The notes below the pieces were generated by a model. That model searched no databases. It was not told the origin of the DNA and saw only the letters and a list, made by a program, of their open reading frames with translations. A DNA stretch of 64,000 nucleotides from Elsinoe ampelina (taxonomy: Eukaryota). The stretch lies in contig ML992503.1 in NCBI GenBank assembly GCA_010093995.1, forward strand, positions 118,984 to 182,983, written 5' to 3'. Below are positions 54,878 through 64,000 of this stretch, piece by piece; position 1 is the stretch's first letter; the number at the start of each line of letters is the position of its first letter. The translations under genes and the position numbers were made by a program.

Positions 54878-57157
54878 TCATGTCTCCTGTCCTTGAGCAT
54901 GAAGTCCGCTGGTGGCAAATACCTGCGCAGGTGGTGCAGCATCAATGGACATGCCTGGCGTCCGACCCTCGCCGACCACAGTCCCATCCGCAGGCGCATC
55001 GATCGTTGACGCGCTTGATAATCCTGAAAAATCTCTCCTTGCCCCTACTGCACGCTTGACATGCGCTGTAGGTGAAGTATCTCCTCCTTGTTCGTAAGTC
55101 ATCAAACGAATCCTGTCCACTGTAGGTGGCGCGGGCTGCACACTCGACGGCGGATCACTCAAGACACCAACTGTGTCATTTGATCCTGGTGGTCGAGCTT
55201 CGCTGCCCGGAATCTTCTCCACCCCAATCTGCGGGGTTGCAAAAGCTGAGGTCTGCCTCCCTAACATGCTGAAGCCAGGGCTAGAGTGATTGTGCAACCC
55301 ATGGTGTCCGAACGCTGATGGTGTCCTCGATTGCGCATGGACCGGATGTCGAGGATTGGCCCAGGGTGTCTGTTCTAGGAATTCTTTCTGTGCGCTCTGG
55401 TCTGATTTGGCATCTGTGCCGAAAAACGTTGGTCGCTTACTAGGGTGGGTGACAACTTTGGCTGGCATTTGCACCTTCGTCCTGATGGCCGCGAGATCGT
55501 CGTTCACGTCCTTTGAGCTCATCCCGCCGATATCAGGGGCTGCTGGAAAGCCCACGTATTTGGCGACACCTGACAAGATCGATACCTCGGTATTGTACTT
55601 GTGTTGCTGTCGGACCTGAACCGATCGTTTGGTGGGAAACACTTGGCCAAAGCTTCCAAGCTCGTCGGCCTGAGATGCCCGTCGCTCTTTCTGAATGTCA
55701 TACCATTGCTTGCCGAGCTCGTAGAGCAGTCTTTCTCGAACATCACGCGCCTCTTGCATGTATTGGCTGAGCAATTGAGCGCGATTGGCGAGGGTTGAAG
55801 TCCGTAGGGTTTGCTTCTTGTACTCATGTAGACGCATTTCTTGTTGTATCTTCGTATCCCGCCTAGCGGTGACTGCTTGAAGCTGCTTGATGAATTCGGG
55901 GTGTATGGGGTGTTGTTGCTGTAGCTGTGCGAGCTCCGCTTCTGCTTCTGCAATCTTCTCGGCGTGTATCGACGACCGTAAAGCAGCGAATTGCTCAGCC
56001 AATACTTGAAAGTTCTTTGTAGCTTCTTCGCGGCGAGCGACTGTGAAATTTGTTAATCTTTGAAAGCTGATTCCCAGACAAGTACTCACGTTCAGCAGGA
56101 TCAACCACATCCGCCTGCTCTTCTTCATCCTCATCTGCATTCTCACCGTTTTCTTCTGCTTCTCCTAGCTCTTCCTCTTCGGCGGTCGTCTCCACCCGCT
56201 TCTTGTGTGACTTTCCGTGACCTTTCCCCTTTCCACGCTTGTGCTCTTTTGTAGGTGATCGCACTTCTGGGACTGCGATGTTGTCGCTTTCCTCGATCGC
56301 TTCGTCGAGATGCTGCGCGATTGCTGCAACTCCGACAGTGTTTGGGTTCCCGGCGAGTTCGATATCCAAAGCGGACTTTTTGTGCCCTCGTTCTAGCGAA
56401 ACGCTCTCGGAATCTGACTCGTCTGATTGCGCGAAACTAGAGACATTGCGCGCCAGTGTTCGTTTCCGCTTACGTCCTGCAAGACCTAGCATTTGCTGTC
56501 AGTTGCCAGACCAACTTGCTGACAGACTTGTACGTACCTGTAGGTTGTCTCGACCGATCGCCTTCGTCCATGGTAGCGGTCGAATCATTATCCGACATGC
56601 CATCTTCTCGAAGGACATCGAGAGGCGTATTCAATGCCCCGATCAACGTTCTGTTCTCTTTTTGTGGAGTTGGCTTTATTCGCTCAGTCTCGGCCTCGGA
56701 ATCATTATCGTCTCCTTCGATTGGTGTCAAACCGTCTTCAGACCCGGACTGTCCCTCCTCCTGCTCTTGCTCCTGGTCGTCAAAATCACCTTCAATATCG
56801 CTAAGGCTGCTAGATCGATCGCGCCGATCTTGCTCCATCCCATGTTCGAGCGCATTGTGGAGGTTGGTGTGCGCACCATTCGTAAGTGATTCGAGAGGTT
56901 TGGCAGAGTCGTGGTGTATTTTTGAGGTATTGCTCAGTGGGGAAATTGAGGGGGTAGAGTTGCGCCCATCGTTTGTTGACTTGGGCGACTTGAAAGAGTT
57001 GGCAGTGGATGGGCGGTGAATCGAGTCTGTGCAAAGGAGAAAGACATTAGCTACTGTCGCGCAGTATGAAATTGTGAGGTTCGAGGTTGGAGTAGAGCTT
57101 ACCATGAGGAGGTGGGTGCTGCTCGTTGCTGCGACCAGCAGCAGCGGCAGCCAGCAT
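54878..57157 (-). CDS. Sds3-like domain protein, Rpd3L HDAC subunit (Dep1-like); introns 57027-57102, 56486-56537, 56041-56089
   Basis: RSSSLSDI and DSEAETER motifs, coiled coil with HPEF, EVSILSGVAKYVGFPAAP; three canonical introns restore one frame. Confidence 0.8.
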
Positions 57158-57665
57158 GCTATCGGCCGTGCTTCAATTATGCTAGAACTTGGTGATATGA
57201 TGTCTCAAGCTCTTCCGAACACCTCTCCGTCAAGATGGAGGTTGCAGTAGCTGTCGGTCGAGGTCTGCCGTTCGTAGTCGTGTCGCCCAATGCAGATCTT
57301 GGAAATAGAAATCGCGCCCACGAGAACCGGTTACATGGCGTGTTCAGGATGGGTATGGTTGGCAGTCGATATTCTCTATGCGAGCCAAGGTCGAGAGGAT
57401 ACCACTGGGGACGGGGAGAGCTCTTTGTGCTGGCGATGTCGGGATGGTTGAGGGGAGGGTGAGGGAACGAATACCTGTGCCTGTGACAGCATCCTCTCTG
57501 ATCTTCCCCCGGCTCAAGTCTCTCCAACCGCCCTCGCTCGGCTGATTAGGAAAGCCAAGCCCGACAATCTAATCTGATCTCATCTAGCAATTTTCACCTC
57601 TCCCAATCTCGTGCCTTCATAGTCACAGAAACCCAATTTTTACCCTGCTGAACATCTGTGCAACC

Positions 57666-59555
57666 ATGTCAAAGACTCGAGACGAGGGGATGTCTCGCAA
57701 GAGAAAATCTGCGCCACAAGAGGACGCAGAGAAGCCCAAAGTCAAGAAACATCGAAAAGAACCTGGTCCTAAAGAAAAATCAAAAGATGCAGCGGATCTC
57801 ACAGCATCAAGATCGCAGACATTCAATCCAGCCCTCGCGTCGCTTTTTGCTATCAACGGGGATGTCAGAATCAACGAGTCTTTGCTTTCTAAATCACACA
57901 CGAAGCCACTGAAGAAAGTTCCAGAATCGGTGGACGAGTCTTCGAGTGGCGATGATGAAGATGTCCCGATCACCCACGAGTCCCTGGATCCGAATACTGC
58001 CACGGAGAACAATGACTCGGGCTCAGAAGAGGATGACGAGACTCTGTCGTCCATATCGGATGCTCCGTCTGACCTGGACGACGTTGAGGTGAATGATGAG
58101 GTAGACGAGCCGGTCGAGGAACAGGCTCCCCAGAAGCGAAGACGGAAGCAGCAGGATGATTTCGAAGACCTGGAAAGCAAGTACCTGGACAAGTTGTCAA
58201 ACGAGAACGCGAAGGCAAAATCGAAAGACAAGCTTGCGAAGAGTTCTACTAAGAAGCTGGATGTCGCCACCTCTACCGCTGAAGGCGAGCAGGACTCTGA
58301 AGTTGACGACAGTGGCAGTGCCAGCGCTGAAGATGAGGATGAGGACGATGCAGCATCATCCGTCTCCCTCACACCAGCCCCTCAGCACGAATCCCTTACC
58401 GCCCAAGACAACGAATTCGAAAAAGCCCAACGCACCGTCTTCCTAGGCAACGTCTCCCTTTCGGCCATCTCATCCAAATCCGCCCTCAAAACCCTCAAAA
58501 CCCACCTCACCTCCTTCTTCCCCCTCCTCAAGAACGACGGCCCCTCCTCCACGTCCTCCCCTCCTCCAGCCCTCCTCTCCCTCCGCTTCCGCTCCACCCC
58601 CTTCGCCACCGCAATCCCCAAACGCGCCTCCTTCGCCAAGAAAGAACTAATGGACGCCACCGCACACTCCACCAACGCATACGCAGTCTTCTCCACCCCT
58701 TCCCTCGCCCGCTCCGCCACCACCCACCTCAACGGCACCATCGTCCTCGACCGCCACCTCCGCGTCGACAGCGTAGCCCACCCGTCCCCAGTAGACCACA
58801 AACGCTGCATCTTCATCGGCAACCTCGGCTTCGTAGACGACGAGACGTTAGTGGACAAGGCGAACGAAGAATCAGGCCGCTCGAAGCGGAAAGGCACCAA
58901 GACTCCCGGCGACGTCGAAGAAGGGCTATGGCGCACCTTTTCCAAAGTCGGGACCGTCGAGTCCGTACGCGTGATCCGCGACAGCAAGACTCGCGTCGGC
59001 AAAGGCGTTGCGTACGTCCAGTTCAAAGAGGAGATGAGCGTTGAAGAAGCTTTGGCTTGGGACGGGAAGAAGGATCCGCCTTTGTTGCCGCGGAAGATGC
59101 GGGTCGCGAGGGCGAAGGCGGTCAAGCGGAATAGGGGGGTGAAGGTGGAGGAGGAGAGGAGGGAGGGGAAAGGGAGAGGGGGGTATGTGAGGAAGTTGAC
59201 GAATCAGGAGAGGAGTCAGGTGGGGAGGGCGGAGAGGTTGTTGGGGAAGAGCGGGGCGAGAGGGGTGGTGGGGAGGGGTGGGTTTGGTGCTGGGAGAGGA
59301 AGAGGGGGGTTTGGTGGGAGAAGAGGGTTTGGGCAGGGGAGGGGTGGGAGGCAGGGTGGTGCTGGGGATAGAGGTCGGGAAGGAGCAGCGGGGCCGATCA
59401 GGGCGCCGGAGTCGTTTGTGTTTGAGGGTCAGAGGGCGAAGAGTGATGGCGATGCTGGGGTGAAGATGAAGAAGGGGCTTGGGAAGAAGGCAAAGCCGAC
59501 GAAGAACAGCAACAAGCGTGCTGCTGCATTCAAGGCGAAGAAGGCTAAGGCGTAG
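57666..59555 (+). CDS. NOP12: Nucleolar protein 12 (two RRMs, RGG-rich tail)
   Basis: RTVFLGNV, SLRFRS, STNAYAVF, RHLRVDSVAHP, RCIFIGNLGF, VRVIRD..TRVGKGVAYVQF, FVFEGQRA. Confidence 0.9.
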   Translation: MSKTRDEGMSRKRKSAPQEDAEKPKVKKHRKEPGPKEKSKDAADLTASRSQTFNPALASLFAINGDVRINESLLSKSHTKPLKKVPESVDESSSGDDEDVPITHESLDPNTATENNDSGSEEDDETLSSISDAPSDLDDVEVNDEVDEPVEEQAPQKRRRKQQDDFEDLESKYLDKLSNENAKAKSKDKLAKSSTKKLDVATSTAEGEQDSEVDDSGSASAEDEDEDDAASSVSLTPAPQHESLTAQDNEFEKAQRTVFLGNVSLSAISSKSALKTLKTHLTSFFPLLKNDGPSSTSSPPPALLSLRFRSTPFATAIPKRASFAKKELMDATAHSTNAYAVFSTPSLARSATTHLNGTIVLDRHLRVDSVAHPSPVDHKRCIFIGNLGFVDDETLVDKANEESGRSKRKGTKTPGDVEEGLWRTFSKVGTVESVRVIRDSKTRVGKGVAYVQFKEEMSVEEALAWDGKKDPPLLPRKMRVARAKAVKRNRGVKVEEERREGKGRGGYVRKLTNQERSQVGRAERLLGKSGARGVVGRGGFGAGRGRGGFGGRRGFGQGRGGRQGGAGDRGREGAAGPIRAPESFVFEGQRAKSDGDAGVKMKKGLGKKAKPTKNSNKRAAAFKAKKAKA

Positions 59556-59673
59556 AAATACTCTCACCATATGTGGCACTGTCATGAGACGATCCATCAT
59601 TGAAGACCACTGTTGATACACAAGCTATGCTACAGCTCTTGACCCTATTCGTCCCGTTTCCTGCCATGACCGT

Positions 59674-61042
59674 CTAGTTGTACTGCGCATAAGCTGCCGT
59701 ACTGTTGAACTTGAGACCACCACGGATGACCTTCTCCACTGCGCTCAAGAAATCCTTCTCACTGGCAACCTTTCTCCTTGCTCGGATGGCGAACATGCCT
59801 GCCTCTGTCGCAACACTCCTCAGCTCAGCGCCCGTCGAGTTGGGACACAATCTACTGATCAGCTCCCATCTGATATCCCTTTCCACACTCATACTCTTCG
59901 CATGGATGCGAAGAATATTGGCCCTGCCCTCCATATCTGGTAGCGAGAACTCGATCTTGCGGTCGATACGGCCAGGTCTCATGAGCGCTGGATCAAGCGT
60001 TGATGGTCTGTTGGTCGCGAACATGACCTTGATGTTGCCTCTTGAATCGAAACCGTCCAGCTGTGTGATGAGTTCCAACATGGTTCGTTGTACTTCGTTG
60101 TCTCCACCTGCTCCATCGTCGAAACGTGCTCCTCCCACAGCATCAATTTCGTCGAAGAAGATGATGCACGCCTTCTTTGTCCGGGCCATTTCGAAAAGCT
60201 CGCGGACCATGCGGGCACCCTCTCCGACGTACTTCTGAACCAGCTCGGACCCGATGACACGGATGAACGTGGCGTCTGTCCTGTTGGCAACCGCTCGTGC
60301 GCATAGCGTCTTTCCTGTCCCAGGCGGTCCATACAATAGAGCTCCTTTTGGTGGATCGATACCCAGATTGACGAAGCGCTCGGGACTGAGCAAGGGCATC
60401 TCGACCACTTCTCTCAGCTTCTCGATCTGCTCTTTGCACCCTCCTACATCTCCATATGTGACATCCGGCTTGTCCTCGACCGTCATCATGGTCACGCTCG
60501 GGTCGATCTTTGGCGGAAGTGGCAGCATGATCTGATACTTGTTCCGATCCACACCGACCCTCATGCCCTCTTCAATATCCGTTGGTGATACCCTCTCGCC
60601 CAGGTTGACGACAAACTTTGCAATTTGCTTGACGTTGATAACATATTTGCTCTTCTCGTTGTCCTTCTCATCGGGGATGATCTTCGTGCATCGGGCAACT
60701 TGTAACGGTTGTTCTTCTGACATGCGCTGTCGGTCGGCGGCGATATCCCATAGATGTGGTGGAGCAAGACCGGTATCTGATTCCTTGACGCCAATCTTCT
60801 CATTTACTGATGTCTGCTTGTCCTTGATGGCCTTTTCGAGCTTCCTGAGATCTGCGGCGTATGGAGCGGCGCCATAGGTTTTCAGTACTTGAATATCCCT
60901 GAGAAGAGTCAGACTACTGCGTATTCGATGATATGAATGCTCCGTACTCGTCCGTTAAAGGTGTGATCTTCTTCTCCTCCTGCTCATCGTCGGCAAACTT
61001 CTTATTGTACTTCTCCCAGTTCTGGCCCGTGGCCGAAGGCAT
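59674..61042 (-). CDS. RPT1: 26S proteasome regulatory ATPase subunit 7 (2 exons; intron 60899-60947)
   Basis: [12 protein letters not shown] start, [39 protein letters not shown]. Confidence 0.97.
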
Positions 61043-61489
61043 GGTTGGTAATCGTTATGCGCCGAGTGTGTGTGTCGAGAGTAGTGATCCGATGCTCGTG
61101 TGTATATTTGAGTGATATCTGTGATGGGGAGAGTCGTCGGGTAGGGTCAGAGATGGCGGTGCGATATGGTGGGTGATGTTAGATAGATGTGATGATGAAG
61201 AGCTGTCGGAGCTCTTGAGTTCATGTCATGTCTTGGCAAATTGAATGGCCGACATGAGCAGCTTCACCAAACGCATACTCTCACATTCTCACGCGACAAA
61301 AGGTGACTCTCTGTTCTGAATTCGCTGTAAAGTATTTCGAACGTGTCATGGTTAACGTACATATATCTTGCGAATTCACGAGCTATATGGAGTGATCGAG
61401 CACTTGCTATAGGTGCTGGTTCCAGCGATCAGAACAGCAGCCATCCACTGTACTCTAAGCCGCCTCAGCTTTCTTCTCGCTAGTCCGCC

Positions 61490-63550
61490 ATGTCATCTTC
61501 TGCGAATCGGCGTGATGAAATCCTCGCCAAAAAAGCCAAACTCGCCGAACTTAAGCGTCAACGCGAACAGAGACAGAAGGAGCTTCAGACTTCTCGACAG
61601 TCTCTTGATGCTGCATCCACGGCAGCCTATACACCCAATTCGCGGACGGCCAATCGGGCAGATCTCGACAGTCTCATATCCTCACTAGTCGACCGGCCAA
61701 GCTCGAGCACTGGAACGCCCAGAGGAAGGGAGGGAAGCCCAGCGACAGGCACGGGATCTCGGACAAGAAGCAGCAGACCGACGAGCATTGTGAGTGGAGC
61801 GCACGATGAAGATGGGCCGGCAGGACATGGTGCGCGGGAGGAGAGGCCGGTGCAGAGCCTGGGTCTGGCGCAGATGAGGACGGTTTATGACAGTCCGGCG
61901 GAGGTGAGAAAGGAGGTGATCACATACAGCAAAGGCGTGCAGACGGACGATCTGCCAGAATCGCCGAGCGAAACGGATCGAGAGCTTGCTGACGACAGAG
62001 CTCGCAGAAAAGTCAACGAGGAGCAGGATAAGCAGCGGGAGGAGGAGATCAGGAAAAGGCTACGAGTGGAGGTGGAAGAGGAGCTCAAGGCAGCACGAAA
62101 CAACGAGGTGGTAACGGAGGAGCGCTATCCGGCACGACAATTGACAAGTGAAGAGCTGAATGCTGTGACTGGCAGTGACGATTTCTTGGACTTTGTAGAG
62201 AGGAGCAGCAAAGTCATCGAGCGGGCACTGGGAGAAGATTATGATCTGCTCGCAGACTATACGACAGGTATCGGCGCAGGTGAAGAGGACGACGAAGGCG
62301 GGACAACAAAAGGTAGACGAGGCAGAAGAATCAAAGAGGTAGTGCAGTTCCAGGACGAGAAGTGGACGAAACGGAGGATGCTGAGTGACCTTGACTTCTC
62401 TTCCAAATACCCAGAATTACTCCTGGCAAGCTACACGAAAGCGGCAAACTCGGTACAAGCAGCGCCTGGTCTTGCTCTGATCTGGAACTCACACATGCCG
62501 GATAGACCGGAATACTCTTTCACGGCAACGAGTGATTTGCTCTGCGCCAGATTCTCACCATATCACCCTAACGTCATTCTCGGCGGTACCTACTCGGGTC
62601 AAGTCTGCATGTGGGACACCAGGCAGAGATCGCAGGATGGTGCACCAGTGCAGAGAACGCCACTTGCAGGAGAGAGAGGTGGACATGCGCATCCGATCTA
62701 TAGCATCTCAGTAGTTGGCACAAAGAATGCCAGCAACATCATCAGTGTCAGCACAGACGGCACCACATGTGCTTGGAGCTTTGACATGCTATCGAAACCA
62801 CAAGAGCGTCTGGAACTTGTGTCGCCCCCTGGACGAAGTAGGACCGAGGACATTGCGCCTACCTGTATCAGCTTTCCACGGTCCGATCCCACGTATTTTC
62901 TTGCTGGCACAGAAGATGGCAGTGTGGTGCCCGTCCACAGGTACGACCGAGCTGGAGCCAAGGCGGGGATCGATCAAAGAATCGTATATAGAGGGCACAC
63001 AGCACCGGTGACGGGACTGCACTTCCATCCTTCTCGCGGCAAAATTGATCTCGGAGATTTGGCGTTGACTTCAGGTCTCGACTGGAGTGTCAAGCTCTGG
63101 CGAGTCCGACCGCACAGCAGTGCCTTGTCAACAGCCAACACTGCGACCAGTGGCTTGCAGGTGGAACGGCCATTGCTGGACATTATGCGAGAAGATGTCG
63201 TCTACGATGTCAAGTGGTCACCCACCAAACCTGGCGTCTTCGGATGTGTCGATGGAGCAGGTCGACTCGAGGTGTTTGACATTAACGTTGACGTGGAGAT
63301 TCCAGTAGCAAGGGCGGAACCTAGTCACGCTGCAGGGGACGTGTTTGGGGTCAAGAGCTTAAACAAGCTAGCATGGGAGCACAATGAGGGGCGCAAGGTG
63401 GCGGTAGGAGGACTGGATGGGATAGTGACCGTCTTTGAGGTCGGAACTGAATTGGGAGGAATTGATACCCTGGGAAAGACAGAGGACTGGATGAGTGTGA
63501 AGAAGCTGGCGGCCAAGCTTGACCGTGTTCGACAGGCAGACGGCAAGTAG
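61490..63550 (+). CDS. PAC11: Cytoplasmic dynein intermediate chain (WD40)
   Basis: N-terminal RRDEILAKKAKLAELKRQRE coiled coil, TYSKGVQT light-chain site, FVERSSKVIERAL, WD40 repeats (GGTYSGQV, DWSVKLW). Confidence 0.92.
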   Translation: MSSSANRRDEILAKKAKLAELKRQREQRQKELQTSRQSLDAASTAAYTPNSRTANRADLDSLISSLVDRPSSSTGTPRGREGSPATGTGSRTRSSRPTSIVSGAHDEDGPAGHGAREERPVQSLGLAQMRTVYDSPAEVRKEVITYSKGVQTDDLPESPSETDRELADDRARRKVNEEQDKQREEEIRKRLRVEVEEELKAARNNEVVTEERYPARQLTSEELNAVTGSDDFLDFVERSSKVIERALGEDYDLLADYTTGIGAGEEDDEGGTTKGRRGRRIKEVVQFQDEKWTKRRMLSDLDFSSKYPELLLASYTKAANSVQAAPGLALIWNSHMPDRPEYSFTATSDLLCARFSPYHPNVILGGTYSGQVCMWDTRQRSQDGAPVQRTPLAGERGGHAHPIYSISVVGTKNASNIISVSTDGTTCAWSFDMLSKPQERLELVSPPGRSRTEDIAPTCISFPRSDPTYFLAGTEDGSVVPVHRYDRAGAKAGIDQRIVYRGHTAPVTGLHFHPSRGKIDLGDLALTSGLDWSVKLWRVRPHSSALSTANTATSGLQVERPLLDIMREDVVYDVKWSPTKPGVFGCVDGAGRLEVFDINVDVEIPVARAEPSHAAGDVFGVKSLNKLAWEHNEGRKVAVGGLDGIVTVFEVGTELGGIDTLGKTEDWMSVKKLAAKLDRVRQADGK

Positions 63551-64000
63551 AAGAGGTCAATCGGCTTCTGACATGGAATGTGATGTGAACCCCTGCAAGC
63601 GTCCAGACAACGGCATGGTGTGATCTCATGCTGTCGGCCCGTCAAGGTCGCTGGGGAAGATGGCTGAGAAGGAAAACTACGTCAGAATTGCTTTTTTGGT
63701 CGCCCTGGCCCGAACGGCTGGATTCTTCTGTAGAGGCGAGCGAGCATTCCACAAATCACGTTCCGTTGCACAGTAGTCTCTGCGGGACGGGAGAGCTAGC
63801 CGTGAGCGGACGCATCCACGCATGTCACTGGTTCCGTCCCGTCTGCAGCTCGACTCCATTTTTTGCTGGAAGCTGCTGCAGCTTGAAGATCATCGACCTC
63901 GTAGCCTGTCCAACCTCCAAACCTTTTCTTCAACCTGTCTCCCCTTCAACGCATCTGCACCTCTTCTCCACCCAGACATTGTTTTCGCGGACAGAAACAC

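Noticed and set aside
61225..61245. TTGGCAAA upstream of RPT1 as an Rpn4/PACE site
   Set aside because: Only a partial match to GGTGGCAAA; not supportable.
63600..64000. Possible 3' end of a minus-strand gene at the window edge
   Set aside because: All frames are short and unrecognisable; the adjacent sequence is needed.

Overview
Fungal (filamentous ascomycete-type) genomic DNA. Bases 1 to ~17,100 are an AT-rich block of transposon relics destroyed by repeat-induced point mutation (RIP). It holds the 3' part of one Ty1/Copia copy (1-3505) and a complete minus-strand Ty3/Gypsy element (4663-16228, TSD TTAGA). A second, complete copy of the same Copia (7471-12777, TSD AGTAG) sits inside the Gypsy reverse transcriptase. 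The Gypsy itself interrupts an unclassified RIP-decayed sequence. At the AT/GC boundary are a 40-bp palindrome and a regularly spaced array of six 15-bp palindromic repeats with unique spacers. The remaining ~47 kb is gene-dense: GH67 alpha-glucuronidase, a decayed region, a membrane-anchored fucose-lectin-like protein, a degenerate DEDDy exonuclease, a coiled-coil protein, a tandem pair of genes fusing a HeLo-like/SesA-type N-terminal domain to an LMW-PTP-like fold with Cys replaced by Asp, a DJ-1/PfpI protein, three tandem secreted glycine-rich proteins, PI-PLC, a cupin, an SMP/LEA protein, an F-box-like protein, an atypical SDR, a hypothetical protein, a hybrid histidine kinase, an MFS phosphate transporter, a Dep1/Sds3-like protein, Nop12, Rpt1 and the dynein intermediate chain. 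The best candidates for something new are the HeLo-like/pseudophosphatase pair, the palindromic repeat array and the glycine-rich secreted cluster. All assignments come from reading motifs by eye; no database searches were run.
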